Source: Fistulifera solaris
Lineage: Eukaryota
Direction: 5' to 3'
DNA: 64,000 bases
Assembly (NCBI GenBank): GCA_030295235.1
Contig: AP026176.1
Coordinates: 248,001 to 312,000, forward strand
The translations under genes and the position numbers were made by a program. Positions 49,693 through 61,180 of this stretch are shown here, in pieces. The notes beneath the pieces were generated by a model. The model saw only the letters and a list, made by a program, of their open reading frames with translations, had not been told where the DNA came from and ran no database searches. The first letter of the stretch is position 1, and every line of letters begins with the position of its first letter.

Positions 49693-49797
49693 CTTTTTAA
49701 CTTTTTCATAGACGAGGGTTTTTTGTGCGGTCTTTATTTTTTACATGAGGAAGTTGACAATTAGCATCGAGTGAAGCCAATTCATCCTTGCGGGTCC

Positions 49798-51189
49798 ATG
49801 AAATCGACGCTGCTCCCACATTTTGATAGCAGCATGAGAAAGCGCACCGCAAATTCATCCAGCGAAGCTCGGAAAGAGCATGATGTTCGCCAGCACAACA
49901 ATTTACGAGACAGGAAACGAAAACATCGTCACAAAAGCCTCATCCTGATTGCCTTTATCATCTGCTCTGTTCTCTGTTTCATGTACCTATTTTCCGGAAA
50001 TCGACTTCGCATGCTGCAAGCGATAACGTTAATACCCGTCGTTCTATGCCTTTGGGTGGCAGCCACGGCTCCTACTTTGTCGGAAAAGCTTTTCCCCATC
50101 ACATGGGTTCTCTCGGTCATATCTTCGCAATTACCCGTTTTCCTTGCTGCATTTCTAGCTGCCATTGCGATTCTTGCGTTCGGACTCGCCAGCACGTTTT
50201 ACAAACAGCCAAAATCACGACCCAGTCCAACGATCGTGATCAAATCGGTGGCGAGCCTGATCACGGTTCTGCTGACGGAAAATTTCATGATATGGGTCGT
50301 TTCCGCCACCTTTCCAGCAGGGCAGCTCTTGGGAGGAGCGCCTCCTCCCCTGCAAGACAATGGGTCCTATTTGATTCAAGAATATATTTGGACCGGCTTG
50401 ACGAAACAAGAAATTGTCGGCGGTCTCCGTCGTCTCTGGAATGTACAGTGGTCGCTGGTGGCTTGCCTCGCCACCGCCTTTGCCATGATCGACTTATTGT
50501 CCACAAAACGCGATCTGTATCTTATATCGACCCGTGCGACATGGACGTTGGCAGGAGCCCGACTCATTCGCACCATCAGTTTCAGTTTGACCGTTTTACC
50601 CAATCCTCGCCGACAATGTTATAGGGAGCATTTTCCGTACCCACCACCCGAATTGTTTTCCAAAGACTGGTTTTGGACAGGAATGTTACCCAATAGCAAT
50701 GGGGGCTGCAATGATTTAATTATTAGCGGTCATGCGACTGTAACGACAACGTTGGCGTGTGTGGTCACTTCGACTTCGACGAACCGGTGGTTTCAAGTTG
50801 CTGTATGGTGGATGCTGCTTCAAGACTATGCGGTCGAAATTTACGAAGGATTTCACTATTCTGTGGATATGTGGATGGGGCTCATTGTTGTATCACTGTT
50901 GTGGAGAGCGATGGCACCGATAGAAGATATCAAAGTTGCTGAAACGAGCCCCAGCACAGCAGCAGCGATAACCAAACCATCACTTTCGGAAATTTTGATG
51001 TATGTTCTCCCTGTGCTCATTGCGTACATACAGCTGGTATTACTGCCAACTTGGGCAGCGAATTACTTGATTCTATTGTTTTTGGGGGTAATTCTTTCAC
51101 TTTACTTCAAATACGGACAGGCCCGTGTGAGTTACGTGCAGCATCTTTGCGTAACTTTGCTCTATCTTGCTTTGGGAGTATATTTATGA
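49798..51189 (+). CDS. Sphingomyelin/inositol-phosphorylceramide synthase-like membrane protein (PAP2 C-terminal family)
   Basis: RTISFSLTVLP, GGCNDLIISGH and HYSVD catalytic motifs with multiple TM helices. Confidence 0.8.
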   Translation: MKSTLLPHFDSSMRKRTANSSSEARKEHDVRQHNNLRDRKRKHRHKSLILIAFIICSVLCFMYLFSGNRLRMLQAITLIPVVLCLWVAATAPTLSEKLFPITWVLSVISSQLPVFLAAFLAAIAILAFGLASTFYKQPKSRPSPTIVIKSVASLITVLLTENFMIWVVSATFPAGQLLGGAPPPLQDNGSYLIQEYIWTGLTKQEIVGGLRRLWNVQWSLVACLATAFAMIDLLSTKRDLYLISTRATWTLAGARLIRTISFSLTVLPNPRRQCYREHFPYPPPELFSKDWFWTGMLPNSNGGCNDLIISGHATVTTTLACVVTSTSTNRWFQVAVWWMLLQDYAVEIYEGFHYSVDMWMGLIVVSLLWRAMAPIEDIKVAETSPSTAAAITKPSLSEILMYVLPVLIAYIQLVLLPTWAANYLILLFLGVILSLYFKYGQARVSYVQHLCVTLLYLALGVYL

Positions 51190-51448
51190 AGAACTTCTTG
51201 AGCATTGCATCTTAAGCTGAAACGCTATGTTGCTGCGCAATGGTGCGATTCGAAGGTGCGAATTCGAACAAAGCGAGAGACCAAATCACAGCAACGGTCA
51301 ACTCGTCAAATTTTTCAATGCCTTAAATGTGCAAGTGGTCGCACTAGCAATGTAATGACCCCGAAGGAGTCTAAGTAGCTACAATGAATTGCTTCCCGTA
51401 TGTCGATGATAAAACCATTCGTATTCATTATACATTTTTATTCAACGT

Positions 51449-54074
51449 TCACATAATCAGAGAACCCATCAGTTCTCGTAACTGCATTAGTTCAACCAGT
51501 ACTTCATTTTGTATTGTCTCCACTTCAGCCTTCATGCGCGCCATGTCAATTCGATCATTTGCCATTTCTTTCGTTATTTCTTGCTTCATCGACTTCAAGT
51601 CAACCTGTATATTCTTCAGCTTTTCAAGTTTTTTCCTTTCTAATTCGGATCGACTAGTCACTGTATCTCTCTGGGCAAAGAGATATTCGCGGACTTGCGG
51701 TGGCCACAACCAACCAGCAGTAACCAAGCCCGCCGTCAACCAAAGCGGGATGATTATGAAGACGCAGAAGAATCGAAATACATTGTAGACGCATGTCTCA
51801 AGCCAATCGACATCATCGAAAAGATTTTCATCAAACAGCATCATTATTTGGTGCCAACCGTCATAGAAGTACGAAACTTCTCTTTTCGGAATTCGCTCTC
51901 CGTTCCGCGCGAAAGCGTCTCCGTCCGTTCCCTGCTGTTCTCTTGGTTCCTCTGCAGCGTTGCTGGCAAATCCAGCATTGGCTGTGTCTTTGACATCGAC
52001 TCGTTTCAAGCGTCGCTGAATGGCATACGCAATGGCATCTGTCTCGGCTACAAAATCCAGCCGATTCGACCAGAAGACGATAGCCGCACGGTCGTTCTGA
52101 ATGATTTCGTAGGAATCCGTCACAATGGCGATAAGCACATTAGAGAGCAAAATGACAACCAGGAAAGCAAATCCCACGAAAAGGATCTGGGCTGTCAAAT
52201 TTGTCGAATAGCGTGTTTCATCGCCGATTTCGCCTATCATCATGGTGTAGACTTTCAGCAAGCTGTCACCAAACTGACAATGAGGAAAGCTACAACCAAC
52301 AAGATCGGGATCGAAGTATTCGGCTGGGTATACTTGGGGTTCAAAAGCCAAAGACAGGGTCGGGGCTTCGCAGATGTCTGTGTCGAGATATACAAAGTAA
52401 AACATTTGTGCAAATGCGAGCAAAATCGTTGACACTGCAATCAAGAATGCCACCAATCGCTGGGCGACATTGAATAATCCTCCAACAAACACGGCAAAGT
52501 CGACCAATGTACTTTTCAAGAAAACAATGATAGCCGCCCATAGGATGCCCTGCGTCACTGCAACGCCCGTTCGAAATTCATTCAAGTAATCATTATCGTC
52601 TGGGGCGATCTCATTGTAATCCGTCACTGACATCGTAATGGCATAGTATAAAACTAGCACAATGACGGTCATATCCAACCATGTCGACGGGTCTCCAAAG
52701 TATTTGGCAAAGCTGTTCAAGCCCATGAGACTCCCCATTTGCATAATTTCACGCATCACAAAGTAACCGGCTCCCACATACAGAAACATTAGGGCCCCGG
52801 ATACGTCATCCTTATGGATCTGTTGTTCCGCAATATACTCATCTGTTCCCAATCTCAGATCAATGTGTGTTTGTGTCGTAATGGCGAAGCAGACGATTAA
52901 GGAGAAGAGAAACATGCCATCGAGCATGAGAATACTGGTCGGAAATCGTTGCACAATCTTGTCATTGAGTATATTGCGAACATGCTTGCTGACAACGGCA
53001 GTGTCTTGAAGCCAATCGGGCAAATCTTGAATGGCGGTGAGAAAATCCGCCGTCGCTACCGGTTCCGCCGCCAAATACATTTCCAAACAGTCGCTGACAT
53101 GCGACTTTTTGTCACGATCGTCCGGTTTGTAACCTTTCAAACCGAGTGCCATGAGATGCAACGGCAAGTGCCCATCTTTATCACGTGAATTGATCGCTTG
53201 TTTACCGGCCGGATGATCGAGTAGAAATTGGATGACGCCCGGACTGGCATCTCGATGGGCGTTGACCATGGCCAAATGCATGGGTGTACGTCCATGGTTT
53301 TCCACGGCGGTGACCGATTCCGGATACGCCTTGACCAAGACCTCAAGTACGGCCGAATGCGTTCCATAGGCCGATGCGTAATGAATCGGCAGCATTCCAC
53401 CCACATCCCGTATGGCTGCCGCACCAGTATTACTCAACATTTCGGCATTCAACGCCATAGTGACAACATTGTCCGTGTTGCGCGTGACGTAAAAGTGCAG
53501 TGCGGTACGATTCTGATGATCCGTTTGCAATTTTCCTTCCGGAAACGCTTGAATGAGAAGTGTCAACACGTCGGGAGACACTCCGTGATTGCAAGCATGA
53601 TGCAAGGGCAACCACCCTTGCGCATCCGTCCATCCACAAATTTCGGGAGCCGCTTCTACCAAAGCCTGCACAATATCCGCAGGAGGATTGTGTAACTTGC
53701 ACAATAAATGCAACGGTGTAGAATCATTCTGTCCGCGAATATAGACGGCCGCCTGTCGACTTTCCAGCGTGTTGTGTGACCACAGCCAGCGACGAATCTT
53801 CTCGTAACTTAAATCGAGCAAATCTCGTTGTTCATTCTCGAAACTGCGCGGTGCATTCTGTTGCGTAGGAATCGCTTCTTCAATAATGGAAAGAAGTACG
53901 CCGGGATCTCCTGGCTCTACGTTGAACTGATAATAGCCGCTGGAAGTCTCGCGCATCGGGGGGAGCGGTGGGGATGACGTCTCCTTCGACATGGGCGCCG
54001 TCCAGTTCTTCCCGAGCGACGGCTCCGCTGACGTGAGGATTGTAAATAGGCCCAACTTCGTCGTAAGAAGGCAT
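51449..54074 (-). CDS. Ankyrin-repeat TRP-like cation channel
   Basis: Ankyrin repeats (TPLHL, LPLHHAC, LPIHYA) followed by a 6-TM region with pore (LLKVYTMMIGE), S6 LVVILLSNVLIAIVTDSY and a C-terminal coiled coil. Start at 54074 assumes a frameshift at 53958-53963; the alternative ATG is 53992. Confidence 0.82.
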
Positions 54075-54580
54075 CGTTTGCAGCTGCAAGTTGGGTTTAG
54101 TTGATCAAAAACAGCACAATACAAGAAGAAAGAGGGATGAATGAATCTGTTTACTTTTGTTTGTCGAGTTTTTCAAGCGTTGATGTTATTCTGGCCCCGC
54201 GAGAATCCATGTCTCGAAAAAGAGTCATTTGTTGCCTTCCCTACTATCAGTACCACAGTAAGAGGTGCTAGATACGCGGAGTAAATAAATCATCCAAATG
54301 ACCATGAATCGTATTAGCGTTGCGGTTATGACAGTGCATTGTCACACCGTTTCGGCTGCTATGATCATGCAATTAGTTCGTCAGAAACAAACTGAAACAA
54401 TTCATACATGACGATATAGCATGCAGTCTGTCCACGCAAATACCGATAAAATGAGATGCTGGTGGAATTGCATTCCTGTTGCTAGAATGGTTCGTTCGAA
54501 AGTGACAATTTTCTCAGCTCGAACGGAGCGAAGGCGACATTGACTTTGTGTATCATCGACATACTTGCAACTGGTACTTT

Positions 54581-56344
54581 CTAGAATTCCTTCCGAGCTT
54601 TTCCCAATCGCACATTGGCCGTCCACGCAAAAGGAAGACGATCTTCCCCATTACCCTGTAGCAATTCCTTGTAAAGATCGGCACTCGCGGCTTCTTGGAG
54701 CTTTTTCAAAACATATTTACTCACTTGTCCTTCCGCTGCACAGCGTTTGAACACCAGCGACACGGTTTCTTGCCTTGACGCCTCGGTGGGCATGAGATTG
54801 GTTAACACACCTAAGAATGAACCGTACGTGACAGCGTTGGGACGTGAGGTTGGACAATGACGGATCTCGTCAAAGACAACACAGGCTATTTTAAGTGCTT
54901 CCTCGACAGTCGTTTGGCCATTGTTGATGGTATCCGTGTATTCACAAGCATTCAATACTGCATTGTAGGATACAATGTTTCGTGTTGACATACGCTGGAA
55001 TATCTCCCAGGCACTCGATGCTTTTCTCGGAACATTGGACTTGGCGTACAACTGCATCATCACCGTGTAGGTGGCGACCGTGGGGGCGGGGCCCACTGTT
55101 TCCAACCGTTGCATCAGATCTTGCGCGGCCGGTATTAAAAAGTCACCTCGACCTTTTAGTGCATTCAAGGCACTGGTATACGTTTTGATGTCGGGCTGTA
55201 CATTTGGGTCGCTCTCGATCTGTTCGAGCAACTGCAAAACGCGCTCTCCGCGAACTTGCGATTGCTGCGACCAGCAATACAACAACGCATTGTAGACCTC
55301 AATGTCGCATACCTCAAGAGTCGGCGCGAGTTCCAGGGCCAGTTGCTCCGCATAATTGGCTACTTCCAATCCATCCATTGTTCCCAATGAGTACAACACA
55401 TTCCCCAGAAACGTCGTTGTTAGTTCTATGCGATCACTTTCCACGACCTGTTGAATGAGCTGTTTGATTCTAGCTAAAGCGCCGTCGGTGTTGCTCCGCG
55501 CCTTGCAACAAATGGCAATCATGGTCGTGTACGAAACGATGTCACGATTCGGCATCGAGGCAAAAGGCTTCAGCCTTGTGCCAAGGCAATGCATTGAGGA
55601 CAATATTGTACGACCGAATTTCCGGTTTGACACGACGCGTCACTTTACTCCGTTCCCACTGGGTTAGGAAAGCTTGTGCCGCGAACGAATCCGAGGCCTT
55701 GGCGTACGCATTCAAGACGTCATTGTAACAAGGCCGATTGGGCGCTGGTCCATGGATCAGCATGGTATCAAAGAGTTGCCGTGCCTCTCTGGCACGGCCT
55801 GTGGTAGCGTAGGCATGAATCAAGGCCGAATAGGAGATGGTATCGGGTTTCATCGGCAAAGAATCGAATGTCTGCCGTGCTGCTTGAGGCATGGCGGCTT
55901 TGCTGAAGATGGAAATGAGAGTATTGTACGAAACAAGATCCTTTTCGGGCCATTCCTTTAGTAGATTGCTAGCTTTGTTTGCTAATTGTCGTTTGCTAGT
56001 AAAACTTTGAACGGTTGATACACTTTTGAGATAACAGGCTAGTACTTTGTTGAGAAAAGAACGGAATTTTCGTGATTCGTGTCGTGTTTTCGCAGCAGTA
56101 TTTCTGCACGAGGTCCAGCTTCTTCCGGTTGCGATTCGGATAGCTGATTGAGCAAATAGGAGAATGCATGTTGGGGATGCTTCGAGGGGAGACTGAGACC
56201 GAACTCCTTCACCACGTCGAAAAATAGGTTCTCATTTGTTGTTGCGAAGCGATGATGTACGGCATGGCAACGATGCCTTTGCTTTGCTACAAGAAAGGCA
56301 TGTGACACGGTTGCTACGCAGAGCAAATGAAGAATATACCGCAT
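54581..56344 (-). CDS. Pentatricopeptide-repeat (PPR) protein, plastid-targeted (two apparent frameshifts)
   Basis: Repeats PDTISYSALIHAYA, PNRPCYNDVLNAYAK, PDIKTYTSALNA and PNAVTYGSFL. Signal peptide ends VSHA|F. Frame breaks near 56055-56090 and 55562-55565. Confidence 0.82.
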
Positions 56345-56695
56345 CGCCCTCGTCGGTTATTCCAATAGAAGCACGTCCAGCGATACAATCAAAAACTGAA
56401 AGACGCATCTATAGAGCAAATAAATATCGTTGTTGTTGAAACGTTTTCAAGCTTCAAGCGCCAAAAATTTTTAGTGGCTTCTGTGAAGTACGTCACACGT
56501 CTCACCCGACAGTCACTATCGAAACAAATGTAGAAGATGCCGACGACAAGAAGTGCAACAACAAAATCGAATCAAAAAATGGATGATGATTATTATTCAT
56601 TCAAAGGAGAAAGAAGACCCATTTGAATCAATTCATAAAAGTTCTTACTTATCCGTGTCGCTCGAAGAGGGATCTCTGCGAAATACGAATAAGAC

Positions 56696-57625
56696 ATGGT
56701 GAATACGAAAGAAAGTAAAGAAAAGAAACCGCCGACTTGGCAAATATGGTGGACGGCCGCTCGTCCCCACACTTTGACGGCTTCCCTGTGTCCCTGTCTC
56801 GTGTCCTACGCGGCCTGTCGACCTCCTTGGAAATTACATATCGTATGGACAGTCTTTTGTATGACGGTGCAGCTCGGAACCAATTTGCACAATGATTACG
56901 CGGATGCCGTCTTGGGGGCCGACACGGAGGAACGAGTCGGACAGGCACGTGCGACGGCAAAGGGATGGTTGACGCCACAACAAACCTTGCGGGCATCGTG
57001 TACCGTGCTACTGGGGACTTTTGTTGCGGGAGTATGGCTGGCATTTGCGACCGAGCAAAGTCACAATCCGATGGTTTGGGGGTTGATACTGACCAGTGTT
57101 TTGAATGCTTTTGCTTATACGGGAGGGCCTGTACCACTGGGCTACATTGGTTTGAGCCACTGGAGTATTGCGTATTCGGGATTGGGCGATGTGTTTTGTA
57201 TGGCTTATTTTGGTTTCGTAGCGACTCTGATGATGCCATTTTTACTGAGAATGGATTTGCCATGGCTGTACGCACTCCAAGTGGGATGTTTGGCGACCAA
57301 CATCTTAGTTGTCAACAATTTACGAGATCGATTTACGGATGTCAAAGCCAACAAGCGAACGACAGCTGTAAGGTTTGGAAAGTTCTTCAGCTTGTACGAA
57401 TATGTACTCTTACTGGCGATCACGTACGGATTGGTTTTGCTGGATGCGTTTCAACATCGGAGCATGTGGAGACTACTACCGTGTTTGACTATGCCCTTGG
57501 CCAAGAAAGAAATTGAGGCGATCTGGACGAAAGAAGGATCTTTGTTGAATCAACACGTCGGAGGAGCCGCTAAATTACAGCTTGCGTTCTGTGTCTTGCT
57601 AGCAATCGGGCTCCATTACACTTGA
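56696..57625 (+). CDS. menA: 1,4-dihydroxy-2-naphthoate prenyltransferase (MenA, UbiA family)
   Basis: AARPHTL, NLHNDYAD..GAD, AYTGGP.PLGY.GLGD and VVNNLRD..TD...KRT motifs. Confidence 0.88.
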   Translation: MVNTKESKEKKPPTWQIWWTAARPHTLTASLCPCLVSYAACRPPWKLHIVWTVFCMTVQLGTNLHNDYADAVLGADTEERVGQARATAKGWLTPQQTLRASCTVLLGTFVAGVWLAFATEQSHNPMVWGLILTSVLNAFAYTGGPVPLGYIGLSHWSIAYSGLGDVFCMAYFGFVATLMMPFLLRMDLPWLYALQVGCLATNILVVNNLRDRFTDVKANKRTTAVRFGKFFSLYEYVLLLAITYGLVLLDAFQHRSMWRLLPCLTMPLAKKEIEAIWTKEGSLLNQHVGGAAKLQLAFCVLLAIGLHYT

Positions 57626-57917
57626 CTTTTAAACGATCCAATGGAGCGTTTCAAGCATACAAGAGAAGTACGTCAAATCAATGAGTAGTGCATACACAGT
57701 AGATTCGGCGCAGTGCAAATGGTAAACGTACTCCGTGTTATGTTTGCTGGGCAAGAAAGGACTCGTTGCGACTTCCATTATTTTTTATCGCGCCGTCTAG
57801 ATGACGTCACCGCCGTCGTCTGAGCGAAAATCTCGCATTTTCTCATTGTAATAGTTTTCAACCATTATACCATGGAAACAATTTTATAATAACCTCTCCT
57901 CCATTTAGCAACATTAA

Positions 57918-58379
57918 ATGATGCATCGAAACGTTAGTATTCTGCTTGCTATGATTGGGACGACAGCCACCGGCTTCGTCATTTCGCCAGTCGCACAGAA
58001 AACAGTATCGCAACGGACGACGAGCCTGTCATCCCTGTTCGACTCAGACGACAATGAAATAGGAGGTAACGCGCCTGTAACTCGTAAATTTACCGGTGGA
58101 TACACAGTTGGAAATTCCTCATCCTCGCCTCGAGAAAGCATGATGCAACGAGAATTCAATCTAGTGAGTTTAGCCACCAGTCCGGCCGCTTTTCTAGTGC
58201 AAGCTGCCAGCATTCTCGTTGTATTAGTCTTTGTACTGTACATAGGTGCTACCGGGCAGCTCGGACTCAACAATGATTATGAAGACGATGATGATTTCAT
58301 CTATGATCCTGTTGATCCTTCCATGGTAGTACCGAATGTGGAATTCCAATCCTCTTCGAGTCAATCGGTTTTTCTTTAA
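57918..58379 (+). CDS. Small hypothetical membrane protein, probably plastid-targeted
   Basis: Signal peptide ending ATG|F, S/T-rich transit-like region, one TM helix and an acidic tail. Confidence 0.65.
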   Translation: MMHRNVSILLAMIGTTATGFVISPVAQKTVSQRTTSLSSLFDSDDNEIGGNAPVTRKFTGGYTVGNSSSSPRESMMQREFNLVSLATSPAAFLVQAASILVVLVFVLYIGATGQLGLNNDYEDDDDFIYDPVDPSMVVPNVEFQSSSSQSVFL

Positions 58380-58513
58380 GTCCTACCTTGCTGTATCCTG
58401 TTCTCTTGATTCACACAAAATTGCCACAGTCAAATTAACCCCGAAGATGAATATTATTCAAAAGCTGCTCTACATCTTTTACAAAAATCTAATGTGAAAA
58501 CCACACATCCATC

Positions 58514-59451
58514 TCATTGCCACTCGTCGGGCATGTCATCTTTCGAGGATTCTGTGTTGCTTTCGCTCTTTGAGTAGTAGTCTTCCGGTGCCCCAAATGA
58601 CTTAGCCGTGCGCATCTCAGCGGCCAGCAAGGCTTCTGCGGCATCATGGACCGCTCGTTCCACCCATTCTTTCCGACGTGGATTGACGGCTCCTGTATCC
58701 GAAAACGGTGGAAACGAAGATGCCGCCACCATATTCGGTAAACGACGGTCTGCCCAGAAACGAGCCGCCTCTCGATCTCCTTTACCGATACACACCGCAA
58801 CAATCCCAGACAGAGCCCCGAAATGCCACGGTTTCAATTCCAGCACCACTTGACACAATTTGAAAGACTGATCGTAACGTCCTTGTAGGTAATATAATGT
58901 CGCGAGTCGATTCACAGGCTCCACAAAGTAAACTCCGTGTTTGTGCAATAGATTGAGTAACACCATTTCACATTGCTTCCATGTATTCGGATCACTCATG
59001 AGTTGATCGGCTTGCTTTAAACCGTCTCTCGCCGTCGCTCCCCGTTCATTGAACCAAAGTTCCCATAAATCATCCGTCGCATCTTCATCGGTCAAGCGCT
59101 GGATGATTTTGATTTCGGCGAGGCGTCGATCCCGTTCCATGGCCGTCATGGGAGGCGGTGGAGGCAATGTGATTTCGTAATATGGCGAAATGAGGCGCGA
59201 CACGGAATATTCTTTCCCTTCTTTCTTCTTTTTGGGTTCTTCGCCTTTTTGATTAATTTGTCGAGGTTTTGGCGAGCCGTTTCGACATCAAAGTCATTTT
59301 CGTCGTCCTTCGACGTACGGCAGGTCGAAGAACTCTGTCTCGACACAACAGAAGTCGGCGCAAACAATCTTTGCGAAAATAGGAACGATGATTCGGAATG
59401 CTTCCAGCAAGCGAGAAACAGCAAAGCTGCTATTGTGGTTCTCCGATTCAT
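58514..59451 (-). CDS. TPR-containing protein, probably plastid-targeted (apparent frameshift 59246-59250)
   Basis: NRLATLYYLQGRYDQS..VLELKPWHFGALSG TPR-like segment; signal peptide ..SESS|F. Confidence 0.72.
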
Positions 59452-59613
59452 TTCTTCTTGTACTGTGTTGATTGCCTAAATCACTTCAGCGAGAAAAGTA
59501 ACAACTCGGTGAAAAACAGAAAAAGCTTTGACTCCTCTTAGACTACTGGTCCATGGTTGCGTAAAAGAAAAATACAGCTGTTGCGAGATTGCGACGAAAA
59601 AGATCGCATCGGC

Positions 59614-59907
59614 TAGGGAACCCGTACGGCGGGTGGGTTTTTGGCCTTACCGAATACCGTACCGGCCGTTTGGGAAATTGACGGTAAAAACCAGGTGATA
59701 TCTTAGCGGCACTCAATAGTTGAAATAAGTGTGGGATGATGTTTCAGATGCTAGAGGGATAGGGGTTAAACAATGCCCATCAGCGTTATTTCCACTGCCA
59801 AGTAGCTACCTGATAATACCGGACATTTCCGGTATTACCGGACCGGGCGGGCTGCAAAATACCGGATACCGTACCGACTTCCTTGAACCGGACGGAATGA
59901 ATCCCTA
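59614..59907. mobile_element. hAT-superfamily MITE, 294 bp, with 8-bp target-site duplication
   Basis: GCATCGGC at 59606-59613 and again at 59908-59915 flanks termini TAGGGA...TCCCTA. Subterminal TACCG/CGGTA-rich repeats occur near both ends. Confidence 0.85.
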
Positions 59908-60313
59908 GCATCGGCGACCAGCAGAAAAAGAACCAGCCGAGAGCCGAGACGTCGTTTTCGACTATGCGTTAAAGAGAACCATGGTTGAGTCACCAAAGTG
60001 ACGTTCGTTGTTCGTGACTCAATACTCAATTTCCAAGTGATGGAAGTTGGAAAGAAACCGAACTCGGTGCTTCGTTTTCGCTTCACACTGTAGCGCACAA
60101 AGTAGGAAGATAAGAAGCGGTCCGTTTCCGTCCGTCCGCTCCAGTTTCCACGCAAAAGAATGAGGGGACGACACACGCGGTGAAATTTCGCGGCCGCGAT
60201 GAAATCGAAGGCCCGTTTTTCCTCACAAACGCAAGAAGTTTCATTCTTGTCGTTGCAATCATTCTCTTTGTGTAACTTCCCATCATTCATTTCTTCTCAT
60301 AATCACCGCAAGC

Positions 60314-60841
60314 ATGGCTTCTTCTAGGTTCTTAACATTCGTGGCACGTCGAGCACTCGCATCACCACAGCCCCGCATGAGGATGGCCCAGTGTGCGTTC
60401 AGTACCAATAGCAGCAATTACGTATCGCATTTACAAGAGCTGTTTGATCAAATGGATCGCAATGAAACAACGTTGGGTGTCGATTCCTCCTTCCTCAAAA
60501 ATGACAAGATGCTTCCGTGCGGACTGCCCGAATCATCCCTGCGCTTTACGACGACGCATTACGGGCGTTTGTTGCAAGCTCCCTTTGTGCACCCCAACGA
60601 ACACACGGTCGTCATGACGGCACGATTGGGAAATTCTCTCTCGGAAACGGAACAACTCATTTTGAAAGAAATTGTCGGAGAGCGATTTGACGGGGAGAAG
60701 AAAACACTGAGACTTACTTCGAGGCAATTCGGAAGTCGTATTGAAAACAAGCGACATCTCGTCAGCATGTTGAATCGAATCATCACGTCGTGTAGAAATT
60801 TAGCAAAGCAGGCGGAAGACGAAGCCCGTATGGAAGCCTAA
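60314..60841 (+). CDS. Mitochondrial small-subunit ribosomal protein mS35-like
   Basis: Mitochondrial-type presequence; HPNEHTVVM..LKEIVGERFD..LRLTSRQFGSRIENKRHL resembles the MRP-S28/mS35 domain. Confidence 0.7.
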   Translation: MASSRFLTFVARRALASPQPRMRMAQCAFSTNSSNYVSHLQELFDQMDRNETTLGVDSSFLKNDKMLPCGLPESSLRFTTTHYGRLLQAPFVHPNEHTVVMTARLGNSLSETEQLILKEIVGERFDGEKKTLRLTSRQFGSRIENKRHLVSMLNRIITSCRNLAKQAEDEARMEA

Positions 60842-61180
60842 AGTCCCTCATCATCTTGCTTGCCGCGTGTTCAGATGTTATTAAGTTTAGGAACCTTGTA
60901 CGTTGATAGCTTTGAAATAATCTTTTTATACTAATTGCATGTTACATCTACACGTATCATAAACTACCAATTCTTTGCAGTACGTTTTGCTAATAGTTAT
61001 CGCAAAAGGTATATTATGCTGCAACTTGCTGCGTCAAAAAGACGCTGAGGACGTCAAGCCAGTGACGAATGCAGCACTCTTGTGTTCTTTCGCGTACAAC
61101 CAAATGCAATAAAAGTTCCTGTGCAGTACAACGTTGCGAAATTGAAACAAGGCTATCATATGCTATACCTACGCCGTACC

